64,000 nt of DNA, taken from an uncultured Gemmatimonadales bacterium. GTDB taxonomy: Bacteria; Gemmatimonadota; Gemmatimonadetes; Gemmatimonadales; Gemmatimonadaceae. A program made the translations under genes and the position numbers. The stretch lies in the NCBI GenBank assembly GCA_963793305.1, contig CAWBZV010000003.1, positions 1,408,001 to 1,472,000 of the forward strand. Reading direction: 5' to 3'. This document shows, piece after piece, positions 10,765 through 19,933 of this stretch; positions within the stretch are counted from its first letter, which is position 1, and each line of letters begins with the position of its first letter. The notes under the pieces are model-generated. The model saw nothing but the letters and a program-made list of their open reading frames with translations. It ran no database searches and was not told the origin of the DNA.

Positions 10765-11939
10765 GCGAGACCTCGCTCGTCTACCTGGACAGCCAGGCCG
10801 AAGTCGACCGCTTCCTAGCGGCGATCACCGGCACGCGCGAGTTGGCCCTCGACACCGAGGGCGCGAGCTTCCACCGCTTCGTGGATCGAATCTACCTGCT
10901 CCAGCTCTCGACCCGCGAGAAGAGCGCGATCATCGACCCGCTCCCGATCGGCTCGCCGGTCGGCCTCGGCCGCCTCCTGGAGGACGCGCACGTCGAGAAG
11001 GTCTTCCACGATGCCGACTACGACCTGCGGCTGCTGCACCAGGATTACGGTTGGCAAACGGTGAACATCTTCGACACGCGCGTCGCCGCGCAGCTGCTTG
11101 GCCTCAAAGCCTTCGGGTTGGCCGCGCTGCTCGAGCGCTACTTCGGCGTGAAGCTGGACAAAAAACACCAACGCGCCGATTGGTCCCTGCGACCGCTCAC
11201 GCCCGGCATGCTCGATTATGCCGCGCAGGACACCCGATACTTGCTCGACCTCCGCGATCGGCTCAAGGAGGAGCTGCACGCGACGGGCCGCTGGTCGTGG
11301 GCGGCCGAGGAGTTCGCGCGGCTCGACGGCACGCGATGGGATGACGAGGGCGACGGGCTCGCGTGGATGCGGATCAAAGGCGCCCGCGACCTCACGCGCC
11401 GCGAGCTCGCGTTGTTCCGCGAGCTGGTCCAGTGGCGCGACAGTGTGGCCAAGGTCCTGGATCGTGCGACGTTCCGCGTGGTCGGCAACGAGGCGTTGCT
11501 CACGGCAGCGCACGACGCCCCTCGCACCCGCGAGGCGCTCGCCGCGATCCGCGGTATGCCACGCGGCATAGTCGAAAGCCGCGCCAACGACGTTCTGGCG
11601 GCCATCGAGCGTGGCCTCGCCGAGCCCGACGCGAACTTGCCCCGCTTCCCAAAGGCCCCGCGCTGGGAGCGCGACCCGGACTTCGATGGCCGTGCCGCTC
11701 GCCTCAAGGCCATCCGCGACGCCGCGGCTTCGCGCCTGTCCCTCGATCCCGGCGTCCTCTTCTCTCGCGAGCGCCTCGAAGCGGTCGCCCGAGCCAACCC
11801 TCGCACGCCGGACGACCTGGCTCAGGTCAACGACGTCCGACGCTGGCAAGTCGACGTCCTCGGCGCTGAGTTCTTGAGAGTGCTCGCTGATGCCCCGGCC
11901 CCAGCGACTGTCGACGACTCGCCTTATCGCGACGGCTGA
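10749..11939 (+). CDS. rnd: Ribonuclease D
   Basis: ALDTE, HDADYDL, FDT, ADWSLRPL, YAAQD (DEDDy) plus HRDC region. Confidence 0.92.
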   Translation: MLEPPRETSLVYLDSQAEVDRFLAAITGTRELALDTEGASFHRFVDRIYLLQLSTREKSAIIDPLPIGSPVGLGRLLEDAHVEKVFHDADYDLRLLHQDYGWQTVNIFDTRVAAQLLGLKAFGLAALLERYFGVKLDKKHQRADWSLRPLTPGMLDYAAQDTRYLLDLRDRLKEELHATGRWSWAAEEFARLDGTRWDDEGDGLAWMRIKGARDLTRRELALFRELVQWRDSVAKVLDRATFRVVGNEALLTAAHDAPRTREALAAIRGMPRGIVESRANDVLAAIERGLAEPDANLPRFPKAPRWERDPDFDGRAARLKAIRDAAASRLSLDPGVLFSRERLEAVARANPRTPDDLAQVNDVRRWQVDVLGAEFLRVLADAPAPATVDDSPYRDG

Positions 11940-11943
11940 CGCG

Positions 11944-12270
11944 CTAGAAGCCTAGATACGCCCGGACGCGCGGCTCGATCCGATCCGGCGACCAGAAGGG
12001 CGTCCACACGAGATTGATGGCCGCATCGCCGACGCCAGGCATCGACCGCACCTGCTGCTCTGCCTCCGTCATGATCTCAGGCCCGGACGGACACCCGGGC
12101 GAGGTCAGCGTCATGTCGACCGCGACCTTGTCTCCGTCGACTCTCACGTCGTAGATGAGCCCCAAGTCGACGATGTTGAGATTCAACTCGGGGTCCTTCA
12201 CCCGACGGAGCACTGCTTTGACGTGATCCGGCGTGAGGGCCAGGTCCTCTGGAGCGGGCGTCTCACTCAT
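11944..12270 (-). CDS. Metal-sulfur cluster assembly factor (SufT/PaaD, DUF59)
   Basis: VKDPELNLNIVDLGLIY, MTLTSPGCP, VWTPFW. Confidence 0.92.
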   Translation of the reverse strand: MSETPAPEDLALTPDHVKAVLRRVKDPELNLNIVDLGLIYDVRVDGDKVAVDMTLTSPGCPSGPEIMTEAEQQVRSMPGVGDAAINLVWTPFWSPDRIEPRVRAYLGF

Positions 12271-12280
12271 GGTACGAAAC

Positions 12281-13561
12281 CTACTTCGGGTGCTTCGCCC
12301 GCGCCTTGCGATGAGCCCGGTGTGCCGCACGAGAGCGGCGCGAGTGGCGAATCCGGCTGTTCCACCCGGACTCGCGATCGGCGCGGAACGCGACCGGCAT
12401 GGACAGGACCGCGCCAGGCTCGTCCGTGCACGCCACAGCCGCGGCGTCAGCCAGGTCAGCGCGCACGTCAGCGATAACGCGAGCGGGCCGGCGCGCACGA
12501 GCACCGTGCACGCGGTTGGTCAGCAGAATCACGAACATCTGTCGGTCCGGATCGATCCAGATCGATGTGCCGGTGAACCCGGTGTGTCCGTATGCGTGAC
12601 TGCCCATGAACCGCCCGCATCCGGCTTCACCGTCGCACGTATCCCATCCGAGCGCTCTCGTGCCCGCCGCACGCCGCGTGAACAGCGCGACAACGGAGTC
12701 GCTCACGATGCGTGTGCCATTGTATACGCCGCCATTGAGCAGCATCTGCGCGAACACCGCGAGATCCGAGGCGGTTGAGAACATGCCGGCATGTCCCGCG
12801 ACGCCACCCATGGCGAACGCATTCTCGTCGTGCACCTCGCCTTGCAGCGGATAGCCACGCGGCGGATTGAGCTCGGTCGGCGCGATGCGCCATTTGAGCG
12901 CCGCATCAGGCCGATAATACGTGTCCGTCATACCGAGCGGCCCGAATACCCGCTCTTGTAAGAACACGTCCAGCGTCTCGCCAGTGACCGACTCGACAAT
13001 CATGCCGAGGAGATCGGCGCCGAGGTCGGAGTAGATGTAGCAATCGCCGGGGCGACACTCGAGTTGCGTCTCGAGGATGTATTGCTTGGCTTGGTCGGGG
13101 TCGTGGGTGAGGCGCCACAGATCGCGCCCGGCGGGCAACCCCGAGCGATGCTCCAGCAGTTGCCGCACGGTCACCGAGTCTTTGTAGCCACCCGTGAACC
13201 CGGGGAGATACGAGACGACTGGTGCGTCGAGCGAGACGCGCCCTTCGTCGTACAAGATCATGATGGCCGTGGTCGTCCCGACGACTTTCGAGAGCGAAGC
13301 CAGATCGTAGATGGTGCTGTCGGCCGAGACGTGCTCGCTCGAGGTCTCCCACGAGAGACGGCCGAACCCATGCTCCCACACCAACGCCCCTTTGCGGCCG
13401 ATGACGACAGAAGCCCCGGGGAACCCCCCAGCCTTGATGCCGCGCGCGATCACCCGGTTGATGGCGTCGAGGCGCCGTTCGGACATGCCGACGGCGCTCG
13501 GGCTCTTAACGGGCAACCCGGACGATGACGAAAAAACGGCCGCAACTACGAGGGGTAGCAT
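12281..13561 (-). CDS. Serine hydrolase, beta-lactamase/AmpC-like family
   Basis: ASLSK (SxxK), YSD, GEVHDENA, GHTGFTG. Confidence 0.9.
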   Translation of the reverse strand: MLPLVVAAVFSSSSGLPVKSPSAVGMSERRLDAINRVIARGIKAGGFPGASVVIGRKGALVWEHGFGRLSWETSSEHVSADSTIYDLASLSKVVGTTTAIMILYDEGRVSLDAPVVSYLPGFTGGYKDSVTVRQLLEHRSGLPAGRDLWRLTHDPDQAKQYILETQLECRPGDCYIYSDLGADLLGMIVESVTGETLDVFLQERVFGPLGMTDTYYRPDAALKWRIAPTELNPPRGYPLQGEVHDENAFAMGGVAGHAGMFSTASDLAVFAQMLLNGGVYNGTRIVSDSVVALFTRRAAGTRALGWDTCDGEAGCGRFMGSHAYGHTGFTGTSIWIDPDRQMFVILLTNRVHGARARRPARVIADVRADLADAAAVACTDEPGAVLSMPVAFRADRESGWNSRIRHSRRSRAAHRAHRKARAKHPK

Positions 13562-13702
13562 GGCTTATGGTTATCCTGCTGGCCTCAACTAGCATACGCC
13601 ATGCTAGCCGAGCCCGTTTATCAATTGTTGGCGCAAACCCATAAATACAATGGAGTTGGCGCTTTAGTCAAATATATACACGTGACGACGCTGTTGGCTC
13701 CC

Positions 13703-13730
13703 GGCAACCATCAGGTGTGGCGTCCGTGTC
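13703..13730 (+). promoter_or_regulatory. Putative ECF-dependent autoregulatory promoter
   Basis: GGCAAC-N16-CGTGTC upstream of ECF sigma gene (AAC..CGT pattern). Confidence 0.5.
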
Positions 13731-13746
13731 TCACTGACAGCGCAGG

Positions 13747-14313
13747 ATGAACACGGACGACGAGCTCGTACGGCGCGCCATCGAAGGCGATGAGCGGGCG
13801 ATGCGGCAGCTATGGTCGCTGCACGCCCCCCGTATTGACGCGCTCGTTCGCCGGCTCATCCCCGACCCGGACCGGGCGGCCGACGTGGCGCAGGAAGTCT
13901 GGATCCAGATTTTCCGGGCGTTGCCGTCCTTTCGGGGTGACTCACAGTTCGCTACGTGGGCGCATCGGATCGCGGTCAACGGGACGCTGAACGCTATCCG
14001 GCGCGCCAAGCGGGTCGACTTCGCGGAAGCGGGCGGGCCCGTTCAGGAAGACACGGTCGCGGTCGAACCGGATGACGAGGCGCCATTCGTGCGGGCGTCG
14101 ATCATCGAGGCCGCGAATCGATTGGCGCCAGGGGCGCGAACCGTTTTCGTGCTCCATGACATCGAAGGGTACACGCACGAAGAAATTGCCGAATCACTAG
14201 GAATCACGCCGGGCGGATCGAAGTCGCAACTGTTCAAAGCGCGGGCAAAGCTCAAGCGATGGCTCGCGCACCTCGTCGATGGAAAGACACGCGATGCACA
14301 CACACCTGTCTGA
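13747..14313 (+). CDS. ECF RNA polymerase sigma factor
   Basis: DVAQEVWIQIFRALPSFRGDSQFATW; EGYTHEEIAESLGITPGGSKSQLFKAR. Confidence 0.93.
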   Translation: MNTDDELVRRAIEGDERAMRQLWSLHAPRIDALVRRLIPDPDRAADVAQEVWIQIFRALPSFRGDSQFATWAHRIAVNGTLNAIRRAKRVDFAEAGGPVQEDTVAVEPDDEAPFVRASIIEAANRLAPGARTVFVLHDIEGYTHEEIAESLGITPGGSKSQLFKARAKLKRWLAHLVDGKTRDAHTPV

Positions 14314-14974
14314 TCACCTGTCGGCCGAGCGGCTAGCGGCGCTCGCCGACGATGAGCTCACCACGAGCGAGGCCGCGCACGTGGCCTCGTGTCCGCAGTG
14401 CGCGGCGGATCTGGCCGCGCACCGGCGACTCCTCGCGCGCGCTCGCGAGGAAGGGCAGATACCGAGCGTCCCGTTGACCCGGTGGGAAACGCTGGCGCCC
14501 CAGTTGGCGGCCGCGGGACTCATCCGGCGACGGGCGCTCCGGTGGCCCGTGCGCATCGCGGCCGCGCTGGTCTTCACCGCGGGTGGAACGCTCGTCGGCC
14601 GATACACGGCGACGCCGCGTGTCGTGGCCCAGGCGTCCGTCGCGGCTGACAACATCGACGACTCGATGCCGATCTTTCGCTCGGCCGCCGAGGCCTTGGC
14701 GACGCTCAACCGCGCCGAGCGGGATTATCGTCATGCGTCGGCGTACCTCGTGGCGCAGAATCCGGAGACGACCGTTTCGGATCGCCGCGATGCCTATCGC
14801 GCGCGACTGGCGGCGCTCGATGAGGTGGCGCAGGCGACCGCGGCAGGGCTGCAGGAAGTTCCCAATGATCCGGTGCTCAATCAGTACTACTTGTCCACGG
14901 TTGGCGCGCGGAACGCGACGTTGCGGCAGTTGAAGGGCGCGCTCCCGGTCGGCTTCCGGCTGGAGCGGTACTGA
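14294..14974 (+). CDS. Zinc-finger (ZAS) anti-sigma factor, membrane-anchored
   Basis: HVASCPQC (HxxxCxxC), TM helix, directly after sigma. Confidence 0.8.
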   Translation: MHTHLSDHLSAERLAALADDELTTSEAAHVASCPQCAADLAAHRRLLARAREEGQIPSVPLTRWETLAPQLAAAGLIRRRALRWPVRIAAALVFTAGGTLVGRYTATPRVVAQASVAADNIDDSMPIFRSAAEALATLNRAERDYRHASAYLVAQNPETTVSDRRDAYRARLAALDEVAQATAAGLQEVPNDPVLNQYYLSTVGARNATLRQLKGALPVGFRLERY

Positions 14975-15690
14975 TGCGCGGAGTCGTGATCGGGCTGCTG
15001 CTCGCTGCCGGTGCGGTCGGTGCGCAGGAACCCGAAGGGTATTTGGGCATCGCGTTCACCTGTCCGCTCAAGCGGATCGAGGACGCGAGCGGCGTCCGGG
15101 TCATCCATCTCGCGTACCCCGCGGTCGAGTCGGTCGAGCCGGGGTCCCCGGCCTCGCTCGCTGGCATTAGCGCCGGCGACACCATCCTCGCCTACGACTC
15201 GGTCGACGTCGTGAACCACGAGCTGTCTCTGACGCAGATGCTGCGTCCCGGCCGCCGCGTTCGCATTCGGGTTCGCCGGAATGGCTCCATCAGAGAGGTC
15301 CAAGTCCGCGTGGCCGCGCGGCCAATGACTTACATCGAGGAGCCCGTCGGCACGCTCCACCCTCGATTCATGGGCCCGATCCTCGCGCTCCCCTCGCCCG
15401 ACCAGATCGGCGCTGCCGGTGCCGCGCTCATTCGCACCAACGACGACCTGCTCGCCGCGCTCGGCGCGCCCAGGGGCTCAACTGGCGTCCTCGTGGTGCA
15501 CGTCACCCAGGGCACGCCCGCCGACGCCTCGGGGCTTCGCGCCGGCGACGTCGTGCTCAGCGCCGAGGGGCACAACGTGAACGATCCCGAGGCTCTCGCC
15601 CAGCTCATCGCACTGCCGCCGGGTGACGCCGTGACGCTGCGCGTCTACGGGAACCACCGGGTCCGCACAGTGACGCTGCGGCCCCAGTAG
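14974..15690 (+). CDS. Exported tandem PDZ domain protein
   Basis: Signal peptide, GYLGI, VEPGSPASLAGISAGD, VTQGTPADASGLRAGDV. Confidence 0.85.
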   Translation: MRGVVIGLLLAAGAVGAQEPEGYLGIAFTCPLKRIEDASGVRVIHLAYPAVESVEPGSPASLAGISAGDTILAYDSVDVVNHELSLTQMLRPGRRVRIRVRRNGSIREVQVRVAARPMTYIEEPVGTLHPRFMGPILALPSPDQIGAAGAALIRTNDDLLAALGAPRGSTGVLVVHVTQGTPADASGLRAGDVVLSAEGHNVNDPEALAQLIALPPGDAVTLRVYGNHRVRTVTLRPQ

Positions 15691-15691
15691 A

Positions 15692-16483
15692 CTATTTGAC
15701 GCTGCCGGGCGGCAGAGTGTAGAGCAGCCGCATGGTCGCGCGATCCGCGTTGGACAGATCGCGGACCCGGACGCGGGCGGTCATGATGTTCGTCGTATCG
15801 TTGGAATGATCGAGCCCGAGCAGGTGCCCGACCTCGTGGAGCGCGATGGCGCGCACGGCCGAGGCGTCGAGCGCCTCCCCACGATTGTGGTGTAGGGCGA
15901 TCGAAATATTCGCGTCGACAATCCACCAGTTCTCGTCGCGCGCCCACATCGTCTTGCCGCTGATCTGCTCGTCAAAGTGATCGCGCCACGTGACGTGGAC
16001 GTCCGCGTTCACCGAGTCCCTCGTGAACACGAACGCGACGGGCACGCCGGTATTCTGCCAGGTGACGAAGGCGTCGCGCGTCTGATCGACAAACTCGGGC
16101 TTCCAGTCGGCGATCGAATCGCCGGACTGAATCCACACCCGTAACGGATCGACCAGTCGCTCAGGCCACCGGGCGAGGGCCGAATCGCGCTCGGCGAGGA
16201 TATCGCCGATATACGTCCCAGGCTCCCCTTCCACGAGCCGCCGGCGGATGTCGGACAGATCCCGGGCGGGCGCGGCGTCGCGCGTGCGGCCACCGGTGAC
16301 AACGCCGGCATGCGCACCGGCGTCTGCGTCATCCGGCGCATTCGCCCGCGGCACGTCGGCAATGACCGCGGCGCTCTGGCGGGTCTCCGGCGCCGACCCA
16401 CGGCGCACAGCGTCCGCCTGCACAGCGATCCAACCACCCATCGCAACCGTAGTCACGACGAGCATCAAGTCGGTGCGCTTCAT
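15692..16483 (-). CDS. Matrixin-family (metzincin) metalloprotease
   Basis: HEVGHLLGLDH plus Met-turn NIM. Confidence 0.88.
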   Translation of the reverse strand: MKRTDLMLVVTTVAMGGWIAVQADAVRRGSAPETRQSAAVIADVPRANAPDDADAGAHAGVVTGGRTRDAAPARDLSDIRRRLVEGEPGTYIGDILAERDSALARWPERLVDPLRVWIQSGDSIADWKPEFVDQTRDAFVTWQNTGVPVAFVFTRDSVNADVHVTWRDHFDEQISGKTMWARDENWWIVDANISIALHHNRGEALDASAVRAIALHEVGHLLGLDHSNDTTNIMTARVRVRDLSNADRATMRLLYTLPPGSVK

Positions 16484-16612
16484 CCAGACCAAGACGACCA
16501 GGCGAGCCCAGGGGGCACGCCAGTAAGCAAACAGGGGTTTCGCGCCCGAATGGGCGCACTAACGTACACGCGGTGACGCCAGGAGTTCGCCACCAGGTCT
16601 AACCCAGTGTAT

Positions 16613-17091
16613 ATGCGCGGCTCACTCGTTCTGTTGGCAGCCCTCATGGCGTGCTCGGACTCGAGCGGGCCACCTCACGCGCCCCTTCTCACCACCCAAC
16701 TCTCGGCCACCTCCGCGAGCATCGGCGGCGGGGTGCTCGTCACATTGCTCGCGTCGAACCCGACCGACACCAGCGTGCGGCTGGCCTACGAGACGCTCGG
16801 CTACGCGGATTCAAGCTAGTGGGACAGGCGAATTGGCAAGGTGGCTTCACCGGCGGGTTCACGGGGGTGGACGACCAGGTCCTGGCGCCGGGTGACACCG
16901 CGACATTGGCCGAGGTCGGGATCGCGTTCAATGTCCCCACCGCCAATTCAGAGTTGTCTGGAGCCGTCACGCCGACCCAGGAGTACATCACACTCGAGCC
17001 GGGCTCGTACAGCGTGCGCGCATGTGTCGACGTGCCGTCCACGGGCGCGTCTATCTGCGGGAGCGGCACACCATTTACGCTCACGCAATAG
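16613..17091 (+). pseudogene. Lipoprotein with predicted Ig-like fold, split by frameshift near 16808
   Basis: MRGSLVLLAALMACS N-terminus continues in another frame as GFKLVGQ..GSYSVRAC..ICGSGTPFTLTQ; colinear with downstream paralogue. Confidence 0.65.
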
Positions 17092-17125
17092 GTGACTCCG
17101 TGCCAGGACCACCAGTCCTGGGACG

Positions 17126-17617
17126 ATGCGACTCGCCACCGCGCTCCTTTCGGCCACGCTCCTCGCCTGCACGTCCGGCACGACGACTCCGCAAGAATCG
17201 TCGGGTCCTCGGGGCGTGTATGGTGAGGTGTACGGCACGCTCGTGTCAGCCGACAGCGGTGCTATCGGGGACTCGGTTGCCGTCACCCTGACGATCACCA
17301 ATTCGTCGTCGTCGTCGATGCAGTTGGTGTACGGTGCGCCGTTCACGTACGCGCGCTGGATGCAGAACGACACGACGTTCACCACCGTCAGCCCGCTGCT
17401 CGCACCCGACACGATCGTCCTCGCCGCCAACGCGGACACGACGCTCACGCCGATCTGGGTCCACCTTTCGACCCAACCGTTGCACCCGCTGCCGACCGCC
17501 GAGGTGATCGGCGTTCCGGCCGGCACCTACAACCTCGCGGCGTGCGCGTTCGTGCCCCAAGGCGCGAACTTCGTTCCCAGCTGCGGCCCGACGGTTCAGT
17601 TCACCGTAACGCCATAG
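17126..17617 (+). CDS. Hypothetical lipoprotein (paralogue of upstream gene)
   Basis: Lipobox LLAC; GDSVAVTLTITN..GTYNLAAC..SCGPTVQFTVTP. Confidence 0.7.
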   Translation: MRLATALLSATLLACTSGTTTPQESSGPRGVYGEVYGTLVSADSGAIGDSVAVTLTITNSSSSSMQLVYGAPFTYARWMQNDTTFTTVSPLLAPDTIVLAANADTTLTPIWVHLSTQPLHPLPTAEVIGVPAGTYNLAACAFVPQGANFVPSCGPTVQFTVTP

Positions 17618-18587
17618 CCTCGATCGCCCACGCGGCGTGCTCACGCACGACCGGGTCGGGGTCCTCTGACGCCGCACGCTCCAGCATGGGCAACGCGCTC
17701 GCATCACCCCGATTGCCGAGCACGACGGCCGCGTTACGCGCCAGCCCCCGCCGCTTCGCCCGCGTGATCGCGGTCCCGCGATAGCGCTCCCGAAATCCCG
17801 CGTCGTCCAACGCCAACATCTCGACGGCGTCGATCTCCGCCCTGGGCGCGAGCGCTGGCTCATCGAGCGCTCGCGCAAACCGGACGTTCCACGGGCAAAC
17901 GTCCTGGCACACGTCGCAGCCGTAGACGTGGTCGCCGAGCCCCGAGCGGAGCGTCTCGGGAATTGCTCCCTTGAGCTCGATCGTGAGGTACGAGATGCAA
18001 CGCCGCGCGTCCATTACGCCCGGCGCGACCAATGCCTGCGTCGGACAGGCATCGAGACATCGCGTGCACGTCCCACAGTGCTCAGACTCGAATGGCGCGT
18101 CGGCCGTGAGCTCGAGGTCCACCAATATCGCGCCGAGAAAAAAGAACGAGCCGAGTCTCGGATGAATCAGCATCGTGTTCTTGCCGAACCACCCCAGCCC
18201 CGCACGCCGCGCGAGGTCACGCTCCAGAATCGGCCCGGTATCGACGTATGCTTTCCCACTGACTGGTCGCCCCACCTCGGCCTCGAGCCATCGATGCAAC
18301 TCGGCCAGGCGTTCCAGCATCACGTCGTGGTAGTCCCGCCCTCGCGCATATCGCGCGACTGGTCCGTCCGGTTCCTTTCCGCCATAGTCGAGGGCGACAA
18401 CGATCGCGTGGGTCACGCCGGTCACCTCTCGGCGGCGGGCAAGATATGCCATCTCGCCGTGGTATCCCGCCGCGAGCCACGCGTCGAATTGTGCGGCGGT
18501 GTCCGCGGGGCCGAACGCCGCGATGCCGCACAGATCGAAGCCGAGCCCGTAGGCGGCGGCCTTTAGTCGATCTTCGAGGTGGCCCAT
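17601..18587 (-). CDS. queG: tRNA epoxyqueuosine(34) reductase
   Basis: ARYARGRDYH, VDTGPILER, CGTCTRCLDACP, CISYLTIE, GCDVCQDVCPWN. Confidence 0.95.
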   Translation of the reverse strand: MGHLEDRLKAAAYGLGFDLCGIAAFGPADTAAQFDAWLAAGYHGEMAYLARRREVTGVTHAIVVALDYGGKEPDGPVARYARGRDYHDVMLERLAELHRWLEAEVGRPVSGKAYVDTGPILERDLARRAGLGWFGKNTMLIHPRLGSFFFLGAILVDLELTADAPFESEHCGTCTRCLDACPTQALVAPGVMDARRCISYLTIELKGAIPETLRSGLGDHVYGCDVCQDVCPWNVRFARALDEPALAPRAEIDAVEMLALDDAGFRERYRGTAITRAKRRGLARNAAVVLGNRGDASALPMLERAASEDPDPVVREHAAWAIEAMALR

Positions 18588-18799
18588 AAGGCGTAGTGCT
18601 CGATATCGCGAGCGGGAGGGACTGCGTCCGCGTCACCGTACGCGGTGTACATGCGCCAGGCCAGGTACGTCCGATCAGGGATCGGCAGGATGGACCCGCG
18701 CGAGCGAAACCGCCACGCGACACGGACGAGCGCCAGTGCCAACCGTGGGTTGAGCACCGCGCGCAGAGTCAGTGTGAAGATGAGTCCGGGCCACGACAT
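18563..18799 (-). CDS. Small hypothetical protein
   Basis: MSWPGL..LPIPDRTYLAWRMYTAYGD; fills the gap in the operon. Confidence 0.6.
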   Translation of the reverse strand: MSWPGLIFTLTLRAVLNPRLALALVRVAWRFRSRGSILPIPDRTYLAWRMYTAYGDADAVPPARDIEHYALWATSKID

Positions 18800-19914
18800 G
18801 TCCCGTAATCTCGCCTGGGAATCCAACCGAGTGACAGGACGCCCATGGGATCGACGGTCGTGTGGTCGTACCGGATGATCCAGTGCAAGTGCGGTCCGGT
18901 GACGCGTCCGGACTGGCCCACCCGGCCAATGATCTGTCCGCGCTGGACCGTGTCGCCGATCGCCACCGGCGTCGCGCTCAGGTGAAAGTAGCCGGACACG
19001 AGTCCGGCGCCGTGCACGATGTAGACGACGGTTCCGGCGAGATAGAAGTCGGCGACGAGCGCGACGACCCCGCGGTTCGTCGCCTGGACCGGGTCGCCGA
19101 GCTGTCCGCGAAAGTCGACACCGGTATGCCGCGACGTGAGCGTGCCGTTGAATTTGCGTCCGCTGGCGAATCCGCTCGTGATTCGGCTCGCGCGTGGCCG
19201 CATGAAGGGCTGCTGCCAGAGCGGAGGCGTCGCCAGCGCGATCGCGCCGACCGTGCGAGCCAACTCGCTCTCGCCTTCCAACCGCCGCGTGGTGTTCGTC
19301 GTCGCCGGCCGGCTGAACTCGGCCGCGACGCGCAACTTCTCAGGCTTGGCGGCGCTCGCGACCACTGCCGGCGGCGGGGCGGTCACGCCGAGCGTCGTGT
19401 CGCGTTCCGCGATCGTTCCGTCGGCGTATCGATATCGGAGCGCCGCGTGCACCGTCGTCACGTCGAGCGGCACGGCCGCCAGCGCGACGAACGCATTGCC
19501 GCTATCCCGCCGAAACAGAACCGGCTCATCTGCCACCCGCCCCCAAATCGCGCGCACCGAGTCGCCCGCGGACGTCATCTCGATCAGCGTCCCTGGCGCC
19601 GGCTGCGCCGGACGCCAGGCAAGAGAGGACGAGAGAGGAGAGGCCGCCGCGTGCGTCGTATCTTCGCCAGCACAGATCGCGTGCGGCTTCATCGTGACCG
19701 ACGCCTTGCCGTGAGTCACGGCGGCGAGCGAAAGCGCGACGCCGTCAGGCGAGCGCGATTCGATCACCCAACGCCCGTCGGCAACAGACTCGAATGCGAA
19801 GCGACCGGCAGAATCCGCGATGGTGTGCAGCCCCAACTGAGGGATGCTCAGCTTAGCGCCTGCGGAAGCGTGGCCGGTGATTTGAGCGGCCACGGAATTG
19901 AAGGCGATGAGCAC
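18769..19914 (-). CDS. M23 peptidase with N-terminal carboxypeptidase-regulatory-like domain
   Basis: ADSAGRFAF; HTGVD, YFHL, GRVTGPHLHW; start placed at GTG 19914. Confidence 0.85.
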   Translation of the reverse strand: MLIAFNSVAAQITGHASAGAKLSIPQLGLHTIADSAGRFAFESVADGRWVIESRSPDGVALSLAAVTHGKASVTMKPHAICAGEDTTHAAASPLSSSLAWRPAQPAPGTLIEMTSAGDSVRAIWGRVADEPVLFRRDSGNAFVALAAVPLDVTTVHAALRYRYADGTIAERDTTLGVTAPPPAVVASAAKPEKLRVAAEFSRPATTNTTRRLEGESELARTVGAIALATPPLWQQPFMRPRASRITSGFASGRKFNGTLTSRHTGVDFRGQLGDPVQATNRGVVALVADFYLAGTVVYIVHGAGLVSGYFHLSATPVAIGDTVQRGQIIGRVGQSGRVTGPHLHWIIRYDHTTVDPMGVLSLGWIPRRDYGTCRGPDSSSH

Positions 19915-19920
19915 GGTGGG

Positions 19921-19927
19921 TAGACTA
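19921..19927. promoter_or_regulatory. Putative bidirectional -10 element for two leaderless genes
   Basis: TAGACTA reads TAGACT (+) and TAGTCT (-), each 7 nt before a start codon (19934, 19914). Confidence 0.6.
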
Positions 19928-19933
19928 CCGCCC

